The position numbers and the translations under genes were made by a program. Positions 9,284-19,022 of a stretch of DNA of 64,000 nucleotides are shown here, piece by piece. Each line of letters starts with the position of its first letter. Position 1 is the stretch's first letter. A model generated the notes under the pieces. The model did no database searches. It worked only from the letters and a program-made list of their open reading frames with translations, and was not told where the DNA came from. The stretch is from an uncultured bacterium. Lineage in GTDB: Bacteria > Krumholzibacteriota > Krumholzibacteriia > G020349025. The DNA lies in the NCBI GenBank assembly GCA_964567755.1, contig CAZMNW010000020.1, forward strand, positions 110,434-174,433, written 5' to 3'.

Positions 9284-11128
9284 TTACGGAGACCGTCCCG
9301 GTGTCGGTGCCTGGAGCACGTGAGACAGACTGTCGGCAGCCGCTGACCGCCCGGTCGTTCGGTACAGGCTTCCCAGTGCACCCAAGGTCGCCGCGAGATC
9401 TGGGTGCAGGATGTCCAGCTGCTGCCGCTGAATGGCGAGCGCCTCGGCGAGCGCGGCTTCCCCATCCGCATATCGCCCCAGATCGATGAGAATCGTTCCG
9501 AGGTCGGTCAGGCTGGCTGCGACTTCAGGGCTCTGGTCGCCGAAAGTCGCACGCTGCGCATCCACCCCCATCTCGTACATGGCCCGTGCGCGATCGAGGA
9601 CACCGATCTCGCGATAACCGCGCCCGAGAGCCTGATACAGACGTCCCCCCAACTCGGGTGAGTCGATCGCCGTCCGAACGCGCTCGGCACGTTCGTCCAA
9701 GACCTGTCGAGTGAGAGTCGGGTTCTCGCGCTCGTGCTCCGAATCGGAGCCGGCAAGAATCTCGAGCACGAGGGCGCTCGCGCTGCGGGCCTTCTCAAGC
9801 GCGACCAGGGCCTCATCACGCTCTTGTCGTGCACTTCCGGCTTGCCTCGCCGTCCCGACCAGCCCGGCGCCGAAGACGAAGACGACGATCGCGACGGCGG
9901 TGATGGCCGCGCGACGGCGAGAACTCGTGCTCCCGAGGCGGTCGATGAAATTCTGCCGCCTCGGCCCCACAAGCTGGCCCGCCTGGGAACGTTCGAGATC
10001 CTCGAGTAGCGTTTGCACGGAGGGGTAGCGGTCGGCGGGATTCTTTCCCAGCGCCTTGAGCGCGATATGGTCGAGGTCTCGCACCAACTGCTTACGCCAG
10101 CCACGCTGGCGCGCAGGCGTCTCCGCTCGCGCGAGCGCCATGCTCGGGGCCACGGCTTGCGCATGAATGACCGCCCGGGAGACCTCTCCCGGCGCCGAAG
10201 CGCGCGGGCCATGCGGCCATTGGCCAGTCAACAGTTCGTAGAGTACGACCCCGAGAGAGAAGACGTCCGTGGCCGTCGTGACCGGCTCGCCGAGGATCTG
10301 TTCGGGAGCGGCGTAGTCGAGGGTGAGTCGCGGTCGAGACGAAACCGACGTTGCATGCTCGGGGTCCAGGAGCTTGGCGATGCCGAAGTCGAGGAGCTTC
10401 ACCTCTCCGTGATTGGACACGAAGATGTTGCTTGGTTTCAGATCCCGATGCACGATCAGGTTCTGGTGCGCGTACGCCACGGCACGGCAGGCCTGTTGGA
10501 ACAGGCGCAGTACGGAAGCTAGGTCCTCGCTGCGCCGCACGCAGTAGTCGGTGATCGGCTCGCCCTCCACGTACTCCATGGCGAAGTAAGGCAGACCATC
10601 CTCGGTGGTGCCTCCGTCCACGAGTCGAGCAATGTGCGGGTGATCGAGTCGAGCCACGATGCGGCGTTCCAGGACGAAGCGCGGCAAGACTTCGTCGGGG
10701 TCGAGGCTCCCCTTCATCAATTTGATCGCCACGCGTTGTTCGAACTCGCCGTCGGCGCGCTCTGCCAAGTACACCACGGCCATGCCGCCGCGACCGATCT
10801 CGCGCACGATGCGCCAGGGGCCAATCCGGTGTCCTGGCCCCACGGGTTCTGGATCGCGGCCGCCGCGTCGCGGCTCTCGTGCGCTCGTCAACGCTTCGGG
10901 AACGAGCTCCAGCGCCGGGCGCGCGAGGAAGTCCTCGGCGCGTTTGTCGGCGGCAAGCAGCTGCTTGACACGATCGCGCAGGTCCTGGTCTGTGCCACAG
11001 GCACGATCCAGGCAGCCCTCGAGCTCCGACGCCGGAAGTTCGAGAGCCTCGTCGAGCACTTGGGCGATGCGCTGCCAGCGTGCCGAGTCGACGGCGCTGA
11101 GCTCCGCTCTGAAGCGCGGAGGTCTCAT
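9284..11128 (-). CDS. Ser/Thr protein kinase with transmembrane segment and C-terminal TPR-like repeats
   Basis: Kinase subdomains: GRGGMAVVYLAE, VAIK, HRDLKPSNIF, DFGIA, APE; TM AAITAVAIVVFVFGAGLV; TPR-like C-terminus. Confidence 0.85.
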   Translation of the reverse strand: MRPPRFRAELSAVDSARWQRIAQVLDEALELPASELEGCLDRACGTDQDLRDRVKQLLAADKRAEDFLARPALELVPEALTSAREPRRGGRDPEPVGPGHRIGPWRIVREIGRGGMAVVYLAERADGEFEQRVAIKLMKGSLDPDEVLPRFVLERRIVARLDHPHIARLVDGGTTEDGLPYFAMEYVEGEPITDYCVRRSEDLASVLRLFQQACRAVAYAHQNLIVHRDLKPSNIFVSNHGEVKLLDFGIAKLLDPEHATSVSSRPRLTLDYAAPEQILGEPVTTATDVFSLGVVLYELLTGQWPHGPRASAPGEVSRAVIHAQAVAPSMALARAETPARQRGWRKQLVRDLDHIALKALGKNPADRYPSVQTLLEDLERSQAGQLVGPRRQNFIDRLGSTSSRRRAAITAVAIVVFVFGAGLVGTARQAGSARQERDEALVALEKARSASALVLEILAGSDSEHERENPTLTRQVLDERAERVRTAIDSPELGGRLYQALGRGYREIGVLDRARAMYEMGVDAQRATFGDQSPEVAASLTDLGTILIDLGRYADGEAALAEALAIQRQQLDILHPDLAATLGALGSLYRTTGRSAAADSLSHVLQAPTPGRSP

Positions 11129-11694
11129 AGTTCCTCGGTTGCGCTCAGGCTCTCGTAGAGAAGGGCGCGGGCTTTGCGCCAGTCGCGTTTCACCGTGCGT
11201 GGGGCGACATCCATGACGTCCGCGGTCTCCTCCACCGAGAGGCCGGCGAAGAAACGCAGCTCGACCACACGCGCGAGCCTCTCGTCCAACATGTACAAAC
11301 GGGCGAGCGCTTGGTCGAGGGCCAAAATTTCTTCGAGTCGGTCTTCGGAAGCCAACTGCACATCGTCGAGCGCGACGCGTGTGAGGTTCCCACCGCGTTT
11401 GTGTGCCAGGCGGCGGCGGGCGTAGTCCACCACGATCTGACGCATGGCGATGGCCACGACCGAGAAAAAGTGCCGGCGGTCGTTGAAGTCGAGCCGGCTC
11501 TGATCGAAGAGCCGGAGGAAGGCCTCGTGCACGAGAACGGTGGGACTGAGGGTTTGGGCGGAGGTGCCGACGTACAGCTTGGCGCGCGCCATGGCATGAA
11601 GCTCATCGTAGACCAGCGGCAACAGCTCGCCGAGCGCCTCGCGGCGCCCGTTGCGCAGGTCCACGAGCAGTGTCGTGATTCCGTTGTCCGGCAT
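11125..11694 (-). CDS. ECF-type RNA polymerase sigma factor (SigK/ECF-STK-associated type)
   Basis: Region 2 (LVYDELHAMARAKL...VHEAFLRLF) and region 4 (ELRFFAGLSVEETADVMDVAPRTVKRDWRKAR); 4-bp overlap with the downstream kinase gene. Confidence 0.85.
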   Translation of the reverse strand: MPDNGITTLLVDLRNGRREALGELLPLVYDELHAMARAKLYVGTSAQTLSPTVLVHEAFLRLFDQSRLDFNDRRHFFSVVAIAMRQIVVDYARRRLAHKRGGNLTRVALDDVQLASEDRLEEILALDQALARLYMLDERLARVVELRFFAGLSVEETADVMDVAPRTVKRDWRKARALLYESLSATEEL

Positions 11695-11909
11695 CGATCA
11701 CCCGTTCCCGAACCGAAGGATCGAGGCGCCGCGGATCAAGTCAGTGGTGCCGGCATTGTACTCGACGCGGAGAAGGCGAAAAAGACCAGTAGCCCTCCCC
11801 TCGGACGCCTGCGGACCCCCTGTCCCCATTCCGGTCGGTCTCGCGTTCTTCAGCATGGAATCCATCGCGCTGTGGCGTCTGGCTTCAGCGTCAACGAAGG
11901 AGGTCTTGC

Positions 11910-12551
11910 ATGTGGAGGTTCTCAGGAATCACTGGCGCATCTGGCCGTCGAGTCGGTCTCAGCGCGGTCGCCTGGGTTTCGGCGGCTACGCTCGCGGTTG
12001 CGCTCGCCACGGCCTTGGATGATGTCGCGATCGAACCGAAGGAGCTCGCCACCCCCGCGAACGATTTGAGCTGGTTCGCGATTGGCAGGAGCGGGACGGA
12101 AAGTGCGAGCGGCGGATACGTTCTCTCGGGCTCGATCGGCCAGGCCGATGCAAGCATGCAGGCAGCAGGCGGTTACGAGTTGATCGGCGGCTTCTGGGCC
12201 AATCGCGCCCTCGGGTCCGGAGCGACCGACGTCGGCCCGGGTACTGGCGAGCCAGCTGGGCAAACACTCCCGTTGCGCTTCCAGATGCACCCCATCCGCC
12301 CGAACCCGTTCAATCCCGCCACCTTGATCGATTTCGACCTCCCCGGGCCGCGGAGAGTCGTCATTCGTCTCTACAACGTGCGTGGCGAGCGCGTCTGCAA
12401 CCTGCTGGATGCGATGCGCCCGGGTGGGCGGCACAGCGTGCAGTGGCATGGCCGTGACGATCGCGGCGTTCAGGTCGGAAGCGGTGTCTACATCGTGACA
12501 ATCGAGGCAGGCGCAGATCGCGCTCGGCAGAAGCTCACGCTCCTGCGTTAG
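11910..12551 (+). CDS. small secreted protein with FlgD-Ig-like / T9SS-type-A-like C-terminal domain
   Basis: N-terminal signal-like AVAWVSAATLAVALATA; C-terminus IRPNPFNPATLIDFDLPGPRRVVIRLYNVRGERVCNLLDAMRPGGRHSVQWHGRDDRGVQVGSGVYIVTIEAG...KLTLLR. Confidence 0.6.
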   Translation: MWRFSGITGASGRRVGLSAVAWVSAATLAVALATALDDVAIEPKELATPANDLSWFAIGRSGTESASGGYVLSGSIGQADASMQAAGGYELIGGFWANRALGSGATDVGPGTGEPAGQTLPLRFQMHPIRPNPFNPATLIDFDLPGPRRVVIRLYNVRGERVCNLLDAMRPGGRHSVQWHGRDDRGVQVGSGVYIVTIEAGADRARQKLTLLR

Positions 12552-12594
12552 CGATGCCTCGTCGTTCGGCAAGAACAGCTTTTCAAACCAAGGA

Positions 12595-14001
12595 GTGCAG
12601 GAAATGAACCCCAATCGGTTTTGGTTCGGAGCAGCGGGCCTTGCCTTGGCGCTGCAGTTGCCGGTGCCACGTGTGCAGGCCCAGTTGCCGCTCGGTTCCA
12701 CCTTCACATATCAGGGTCAACTGAAGCTGAATGGCGCTCTGGTGGATGGTTCCACAGACATGATCTTCACGCTCTACGACCGGAATCCCGGTGGGAACAT
12801 CATCGGGGCCCCGGTGACGTTTCCCGATGACGGAAGAGTCATCCCACCTGTCGACGTCACCGCCGGTATCTTCAAGGTGGAACTGGACTTCGGTGTGACG
12901 AGCTTCAACGGCTCGCGCCGCTGGCTGGAGATTCAAGTGCGTCCTCACTCGATTGGCTCCTACACTCTCTTCGAGCGCCAAGAGGTGACGGTGGCGCCCT
13001 ACGCCCTGCAGACACGTGGAATCTACGTCGATGAATTCCAGCGTGTGGGCATCGGCACCACGGCGCCCGGATGGCCCCTCGATATTGCTGCGAACCAAGC
13101 AGTCGTCCGTATGGTGTCCAGTGTGAACACCTTTGGATCGGTGCTCGAGCTGCGCAACAACGCGCTGACGCCGACCTTTATCGGGGCCGTCAACTTCGTC
13201 AACAACGCGGGGGCCTTTCGCGGTCAGATCGCCTACACGCCGAACGACGAAATGCAGTTCCGAATCGGGGGAACGCAGTCGATCGATTTCCGCAGCCATG
13301 GTCTCGAGGTTACCGGAAACGGTCAGACGTTCAACAACGCGACCATGCGTGCGATCAACACTCAGCCAAACCAAGGAATCGCCGGCTACTTCGAAAGCAA
13401 CAGCAATTACTCCACCACGTTCATGCAGAACTCCGGTGCTGGAGAATTGCTTCTCCTGAAGCACAATGGTTCTGGGAGCTACATCAACGCTGTCGACGCA
13501 GACTTCAACCTCATGTTCTCGGTGGACAATGCCGGCGTTACCCGCACCCGAGTGCTGGAAATCATGGGGGGATCCGATCTTTCGGAGCGTTTCGATGTGA
13601 GCAGCGACGGGCTCATGGATCTTGCTCCGGAGCCAGGCATGGTCGTGTGCATCGACGCCGAGAACGAGGGCAATCTCGTCGTCAGCCGTGACGCCTACGA
13701 TCGCCGCGTCGCAGGCATCATCAGCGGCGCGGGCGGCGTGAGCCCCGGAATGCTGATGGGCCAAGCCGGCACCGCCGCGAGCGGCGACCAGCCCGTGGCG
13801 CTGACTGGCCGAGTCTACTGTCGCGCCACGACGGCCAATGGACCGATCACGCCCGGGGATCTGCTGACGACATCGTCCGTCGCAGGCCACGCGATGCGCG
13901 TGGAGGATCATTCACGGGCCCAGGGCGCGGTTCTCGGCAAGGCGTTGGGAGGGCTCGCGCAAGGTGACGGCCTGGTTCTCGTCCTCGTGGGGTTGCAGTG
14001 A
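12595..14001 (+). CDS. secreted tail-fiber-like / adhesin-like protein
   Basis: Signal peptide FWFGAAGLALALQLPVPRVQAQ; N-terminal STFTYQGQLKLNGALVDGSTDMIFTLYD motif typical of bacterial tail-fiber-like proteins; IYVD...VGIGTTAP; C-terminal conserved block VAGIISGAGG...VALTGRVYC...PGDLLTTSSVAGHAM. Confidence 0.6.
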   Translation: MQEMNPNRFWFGAAGLALALQLPVPRVQAQLPLGSTFTYQGQLKLNGALVDGSTDMIFTLYDRNPGGNIIGAPVTFPDDGRVIPPVDVTAGIFKVELDFGVTSFNGSRRWLEIQVRPHSIGSYTLFERQEVTVAPYALQTRGIYVDEFQRVGIGTTAPGWPLDIAANQAVVRMVSSVNTFGSVLELRNNALTPTFIGAVNFVNNAGAFRGQIAYTPNDEMQFRIGGTQSIDFRSHGLEVTGNGQTFNNATMRAINTQPNQGIAGYFESNSNYSTTFMQNSGAGELLLLKHNGSGSYINAVDADFNLMFSVDNAGVTRTRVLEIMGGSDLSERFDVSSDGLMDLAPEPGMVVCIDAENEGNLVVSRDAYDRRVAGIISGAGGVSPGMLMGQAGTAASGDQPVALTGRVYCRATTANGPITPGDLLTTSSVAGHAMRVEDHSRAQGAVLGKALGGLAQGDGLVLVLVGLQ

Positions 14002-15083
14002 TGCCCCCCCACTCCTTGTGTGCGCTCCAGGCCTTGCGGGGAGTCACGTTCGTGGTGCTGGCCGTGGCGGCGAGCGCGCTCGTGATCCTGCCGGCGAACG
14101 CCTCTCCGTACATCGAAATGCGCGTTTCGATCAAGCTCATCCGCAACCCGGTGGACGGCTCGTTGCCGCCGAATGCGACGAGCACGAACTTCGACTCGAT
14201 GTTCACCCGTGCCAACGAGCTGCTCGCATCGTACTGGCGTGGCTACCGTTTCGTGCGCTTCGAAACGATCGCGATCGGCGGCATCTGCACCCCCTGCGAC
14301 GATTCCAGCGACGGGCCGAGTTACTGGTACGACAAGGAGATCCGGGGAACGACGAAGGTCGCCTTCGACAATCTGGCGACGAACGACCCTGCTTACGCGT
14401 GGAGCGGCTCCGCAATCAACGTGTACTTCAACAGTGGCCAGGTCGGAGGCGAGTGCGCTTTCCCTCCTGGCCAGCCGATCGTCATCGACGAGGAGATCGC
14501 TTGGGAAGGCTTCGTCCTCATCCACGAGATCGGCCACTATTTCGACTTGGCGCATACGCATGATGGGTGCGACTGCGTCGATTGCCAAGCGCAATCCTGC
14601 CCAACGCAGCCGTGCGAAGGGGATGGATTCTCTGACACGCTCGCAGACCATCCCTGCTGGTCCTTGGATGATCTCGCCATGCATCATTTCCAAGGCCGGC
14701 AATACAGCCAACTTTCCCAGGGCGAGATGGATTTGGTGGATCATGTCTACTACAACGTGATGTCTTATCACGAGCCGCCGCTCCGAAACCTGGTGGAGGA
14801 CTACATGACCGAGTTGCAGGTCGACCACTGGGCGGACACTTCACGAAGACATCGCCCTCAGGTCATGACCGGGTTCACCGGCTTCGTGGACTGGCGCAAC
14901 AACGCGGCGCCATTCAGCGGCTACAGCACGGATCCGTTTGCGACGGTGGGGGCTGCGGTCGCCGCGCCGGAGGCGTTCGATATCCTGCTCATCCGCCCGG
15001 GAACCTACTCGGAGACCTTGTACTTGAACAGCCCCGTCACCTTGAGGGTGCCGACGGGTGGGAGTGCAATCATCGGCCCATGA
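13998..15083 (+). CDS. secreted zinc metalloprotease (zincin; HExxHxxDxxH variant)
   Basis: Signal-like VTFVVLAVAASALVILPANA; FVLIHEIGHYFDLAHTHDGCDC; Cys-rich region; 4-bp overlap with the upstream gene. Confidence 0.7.
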   Translation: MMPPHSLCALQALRGVTFVVLAVAASALVILPANASPYIEMRVSIKLIRNPVDGSLPPNATSTNFDSMFTRANELLASYWRGYRFVRFETIAIGGICTPCDDSSDGPSYWYDKEIRGTTKVAFDNLATNDPAYAWSGSAINVYFNSGQVGGECAFPPGQPIVIDEEIAWEGFVLIHEIGHYFDLAHTHDGCDCVDCQAQSCPTQPCEGDGFSDTLADHPCWSLDDLAMHHFQGRQYSQLSQGEMDLVDHVYYNVMSYHEPPLRNLVEDYMTELQVDHWADTSRRHRPQVMTGFTGFVDWRNNAAPFSGYSTDPFATVGAAVAAPEAFDILLIRPGTYSETLYLNSPVTLRVPTGGSAIIGP

Positions 15084-16210
15084 TGGAGGCGAGGATGAAA
15101 ACCAGGCGTGGAGCGTTGAGATCGCCGCGCACGCTGGCGCTGAACGGTTTGGCACTTTTGTTCGTGGCACCCGTGACGGCACAGGAGATCGACGTGCGGC
15201 TCTCGATCAAGTACATCCTCGGCGCGGATGGGGTGCGGCCAACGGGATTCTACGGCACCGAGCAGAACGTACGCGATGTGATCACGGCCACAAACCGCGC
15301 CATGCAGCGTTGGGGTCGAGGGTATCGATTCGTGATCACGGAGTTTCAAGACGTGACCGTGAGTGGGGCGCCGGGCTCGGCGGCTTTCTCGACGATCTCG
15401 CCGCTCGACGAAATCGGGATGCTCGAAGATGCTGCCGAGATGGATCCGGTCGGCTACCACTGGAGAACGAATGCGACCAACATTTATATCGCCGATTGCT
15501 GCGCGGCGGCCGCGGCCATTCCCGAGGACGATGTCGGGCGGGAGATCGTCTACTTCTCGGCCGACGTGAACCTGTCGTCCACCGATCCGGGCCAGAACGC
15601 GCGCCAGACCATCTGGGCGCACGAAATCGGGCACCACTTCGATCTGATTCACCCCTGGGCCGACGACCGGGTCGCGGACACCCAATCCGAGCCGACGCCG
15701 TCCCAGTGCACGGGGCCGATCCCGCCACAAGGCACCTTTCCCTGCGCGCTCGGCGGCAGCGACGAGTGCTGCTGCTCCAGCAAAGTCGCGAACCTGCTCG
15801 CCGCCGCGCAGAGCAACGGTTGGTCGCAGCAAGAGCATGACGATCTGCGCTACAACGTCATGGGCTACATGGGGGCGGTGGACTGCGCGCTGCTCGGGGA
15901 AGACGTCATTACGATCGACACCATGCGACTCACGGACGGGCAGCTCGATCGCTGGACGGATGCCAGCCGCAGACACCATGCCGACGACACGACCGGCCTG
16001 ACGCACTTCGTCGACGAGCAGGCCACTTCGCCGTTCAACGGCTACAGCGGTGACCCCTACCTCACGGTGAGCGACGGGCTCGGCGCCGCCGATTCCCTCG
16101 GCGGCGACATCGTGTTGATCCGGGCGGGAACCTATGTCGAGAACCTGATCCTCGACCACCCGGTGACGTTGCGTGCGAGTCGTGGCGCGGTGATCCTCGC
16201 GAAACCCTGA
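15080..16210 (+). CDS. secreted zinc metalloprotease, tandem paralog of 13998..15083
   Basis: TIWAHEIGHHFDLIHPWAD; shared C-terminal block (TDASRRHH...TGLTHFVD...FNGYSGDPY...IRAGTYVENL...HPVTLRA) with the upstream paralog. Confidence 0.7.
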   Translation: MMEARMKTRRGALRSPRTLALNGLALLFVAPVTAQEIDVRLSIKYILGADGVRPTGFYGTEQNVRDVITATNRAMQRWGRGYRFVITEFQDVTVSGAPGSAAFSTISPLDEIGMLEDAAEMDPVGYHWRTNATNIYIADCCAAAAAIPEDDVGREIVYFSADVNLSSTDPGQNARQTIWAHEIGHHFDLIHPWADDRVADTQSEPTPSQCTGPIPPQGTFPCALGGSDECCCSSKVANLLAAAQSNGWSQQEHDDLRYNVMGYMGAVDCALLGEDVITIDTMRLTDGQLDRWTDASRRHHADDTTGLTHFVDEQATSPFNGYSGDPYLTVSDGLGAADSLGGDIVLIRAGTYVENLILDHPVTLRASRGAVILAKP

Positions 16211-16275
16211 CGAATGGAGAAGAGCCCGACAGCCGGTGGCAAAGCTGGTACTCTCTTGCAAAGGGAACCATCCTC

Positions 16276-18987
16276 ATGCGTACGAGCGGGCGAATGTCGA
16301 AGGATCGGCGCCTCGCGGCAGTGAGACGCCGATGCGGCGGCGTTGTCTCCATGCTCTGCGTGCTCGCGTCTTGGAACAGCACTCGCGCTTGGGCGGCCCA
16401 GGGCGACGAGCATTGGTGGGACGGGTTCGCGTGGCCGGGGGCGGGGCTCGACGGCCCGGTTTCGTGCATGGCGGTACACGGTGGCGAGCTGATCATTGGC
16501 GGCCGCTTCACGCTCGCCGGCGGCGTCGCAGTCGATCATCTGGCGCGCTGGGATGGCTCGGCGTGGAGTCGGCTCGGCGATCGCGTCCTCAGCCATCTCA
16601 GCCGGGCGTACATCGGCCACATTGCGTCTTACGGGAACGAGCTGTTCGTCGCCGGGAACTTCGATCACATCGGAGACATCCCGGCCGCGAACCTCGCGGT
16701 GTGGAACGGGGTCGAGCTCCGGCCATGGGCGGTCGAGTTGCCTTCGGGCGCCAGATTGCAAACGGTCACCCAATTCGCCGTCGTCGACGGCAAGCTCTTC
16801 GTCTGCGGTTGGTTCGATCAGGACTCGACGACGTTCTATGGACTCGCGCAGTGGGACGGCATGAGCTGGACGCTCTTACCGACCTCCGAGCTCCCGATCG
16901 GCCAACAAATCTGGGCGCTCACCAGTTACGAGGGCCGGCTCGTGGTCGGTGGTGGCTTCACCAGCATTGGTGGGCAGTCCATCCGGCGAATCGCTGCATG
17001 GGACGGGAGCCGCTGGAGCCCGGTAGGAGGTGGAATCGGCAGCGACACCGACAGCGGCGAACTGGTGCTCGCGCTAACGGTGCATGACGGCAAGCTCGTG
17101 GCCGGTGGTCGGTTCCTGATGGCAGGCGGAGTTGCGGTGGACAACATCGCGCAGTGGGACGGCGCGATCTGGAAATCCGTCGCGGGGGGAATGAACGGAT
17201 CGGTGGATAGACTCGCCGAATACGATGGGAGGCTGATCGCTGCGGGGCTTTTCTCTCGCGCCGGGTCGGGCGAGGCGTATCGGATCGCGCAGTGGGATGG
17301 AGCGGCCTGGAGTCCGGTGGGCGAATGGCTCGCGGACCAGCACATATACGGCTTCGCCGTGTTCGAGAGCGAGCTTGTAGTGGGTGGCGAGTTTCGCGCT
17401 GCTGGGTCCAACGCGGCGAGCAACGTCGCAGCTTGGGACGGGAATGTCTGGCGGGCAGTGGACCCGCGGGCACGGATCTCCGGGTTGGGCCTGAACGGGA
17501 TCGTCGAGGCGTTCGCGGTTCACGGCTCGGATCTCCTGGTCGGTGGACAGTTCACCGTGGCGGGAACACTCGAGGTTGCCGCCCTAGCACGATGGGACGG
17601 GGACTCGTGGGCCTCGTTCGGCTTGCAGGCTGAGTACGTCCGGGACATCGCGGTGGATGGAGAGCGGGTGTTCGTGTCCGGATCGCTCCGTGATCCTCTG
17701 AATGGAACTGCGCACCAGATTGCGGAGTGGGATGGGAGCACGTGGCGGTTCCTTCCACCCCCGCCGATGAGCTATCTCGCGACACTCCTCCATGTGGAGG
17801 GGACACTGTACGCCGGTGGCAGGGAAGGTGTGCTGCGGTGGGATGGAACTTCCTGGCACGATCTCGGAGCGATCGTCGGGAACTGGGTCGTTGCGCTCTC
17901 GGTGTACCAAGGGAAGCTCGTCGCAGGGGGACGTTTCACCTCGATCGGAGGAGTCTCTGCGAATCGAATCGCGATCTGGGACGGAACGTCCTGGAGTCCG
18001 CTCGGAGGGGGCATGAGTGGTGTCCAGCCCTACTCCGACGCCGACATCCAAGATCTCACGGTGCTGGATGGGAAGCTGATCGCCGGCGGACATTTCTTAT
18101 TCGCAGGGAACACGCCAGCGAGCTTCATCGCCCAGTGGGACGGCAGCGACTGGAGTGCGCTCCCGGGATTGAATGACGAGGTCCATGCGGTGGCTATCCA
18201 CGAAGGTCAAGTGATCGCAGGGGGAAGGTTCGGGCCGGCAGCCGAAACGGACGCGAGTCGCATCGCGCGGTGGGATGGAGCGCGCTGGCAGGCGATGGGT
18301 TCGGGTTGCAACTGGATCCCCTACGCCTTCGCTTCCTACGACGATGACTTGTACGTCGGCGGCGGATTCACGCGCATGGGAGGCAAGGCCTCACATTACA
18401 TCGCGCGCTGGGATGACACGCCGGTTGCGCTCAGCGTGTCGGAGCTGTGGGCCGAACGAGTCGATGGGGACGTGATTGTAAGGTGGCATGCTGCGGTAGG
18501 CGTGGAGGATCTATTGGGATTCCAAGTCTACCGAGAAGTCGATGACGGCGTGCGGATGCGTGTCACGCCAACGCTCCTTCGTGGGAACAAGTTCTACGAG
18601 CACCGCGATCTCGAGGTGCCGGCTGGATCGCTGCGCTATTGGCTGGTCGCCGTCGATCGATCGGGTGCATCGACCTGGCACGGGCCGGTGGAAGTGCAAA
18701 CGCTAGGCGCAGAGACGGCGTTTCTCCGTGTCTGGCCGAACCCGTTCAGGTCGAGCACGCGAATCGATTTCGGGTTGTCCACATTGGGACCTGCGGCACT
18801 CGATGTTTACGACGTGCGAGGGCGACTTGTGACCCGCCTGATGGCACGGACGATCGGCGCCGGCCGCCATGAGCTGATGTGGGATGGACGGGAAGCCTCG
18901 TCGCGCGCAGTGGCCCCGGGAGTCTATTGGGTTCGGCTCGCGACTCCAGTGGGATTTCATTCCGCGAAGCTGATCAAATCCCAATAG
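16276..18987 (+). CDS. beta-propeller-like repeat protein (WDGxxW repeats) with FlgD-Ig-like C-terminal domain, paralog 1
   Basis: About 14 repeats of roughly 50 aa with recurring (A/I)(A/Q)xWDG(S/T)xW(S/T)xLGxG; C-terminus LRVWPNPFRSSTRIDFGLSTLGPAALDVYDVRGRLVTRLMARTIGAGRHELMWDGREASSRAVAPGVYWVRLATP...KLIKSQ. Confidence 0.75.
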   Translation: MRTSGRMSKDRRLAAVRRRCGGVVSMLCVLASWNSTRAWAAQGDEHWWDGFAWPGAGLDGPVSCMAVHGGELIIGGRFTLAGGVAVDHLARWDGSAWSRLGDRVLSHLSRAYIGHIASYGNELFVAGNFDHIGDIPAANLAVWNGVELRPWAVELPSGARLQTVTQFAVVDGKLFVCGWFDQDSTTFYGLAQWDGMSWTLLPTSELPIGQQIWALTSYEGRLVVGGGFTSIGGQSIRRIAAWDGSRWSPVGGGIGSDTDSGELVLALTVHDGKLVAGGRFLMAGGVAVDNIAQWDGAIWKSVAGGMNGSVDRLAEYDGRLIAAGLFSRAGSGEAYRIAQWDGAAWSPVGEWLADQHIYGFAVFESELVVGGEFRAAGSNAASNVAAWDGNVWRAVDPRARISGLGLNGIVEAFAVHGSDLLVGGQFTVAGTLEVAALARWDGDSWASFGLQAEYVRDIAVDGERVFVSGSLRDPLNGTAHQIAEWDGSTWRFLPPPPMSYLATLLHVEGTLYAGGREGVLRWDGTSWHDLGAIVGNWVVALSVYQGKLVAGGRFTSIGGVSANRIAIWDGTSWSPLGGGMSGVQPYSDADIQDLTVLDGKLIAGGHFLFAGNTPASFIAQWDGSDWSALPGLNDEVHAVAIHEGQVIAGGRFGPAAETDASRIARWDGARWQAMGSGCNWIPYAFASYDDDLYVGGGFTRMGGKASHYIARWDDTPVALSVSELWAERVDGDVIVRWHAAVGVEDLLGFQVYREVDDGVRMRVTPTLLRGNKFYEHRDLEVPAGSLRYWLVAVDRSGASTWHGPVEVQTLGAETAFLRVWPNPFRSSTRIDFGLSTLGPAALDVYDVRGRLVTRLMARTIGAGRHELMWDGREASSRAVAPGVYWVRLATPVGFHSAKLIKSQ

Positions 18988-19022
18988 AGCCAAGGGCGAT
19001 CTCTGCAAGCGCGATGAACTCA

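Noticed and set aside
12583-16261. Antisense ORFs 12583..13911 -, 13908..14828 - and 15005..16261 -
   Set aside because: They overlap the tail-fiber-like and metalloprotease genes; translations are Arg/His/Gly-rich with no domains.
16201-16275. Possible sigma-54 motif TGGTACTCTCTTGCA upstream of beta-propeller paralog 1
   Set aside because: GG-to-GC spacing is one nucleotide short of the canonical -24/-12 arrangement.
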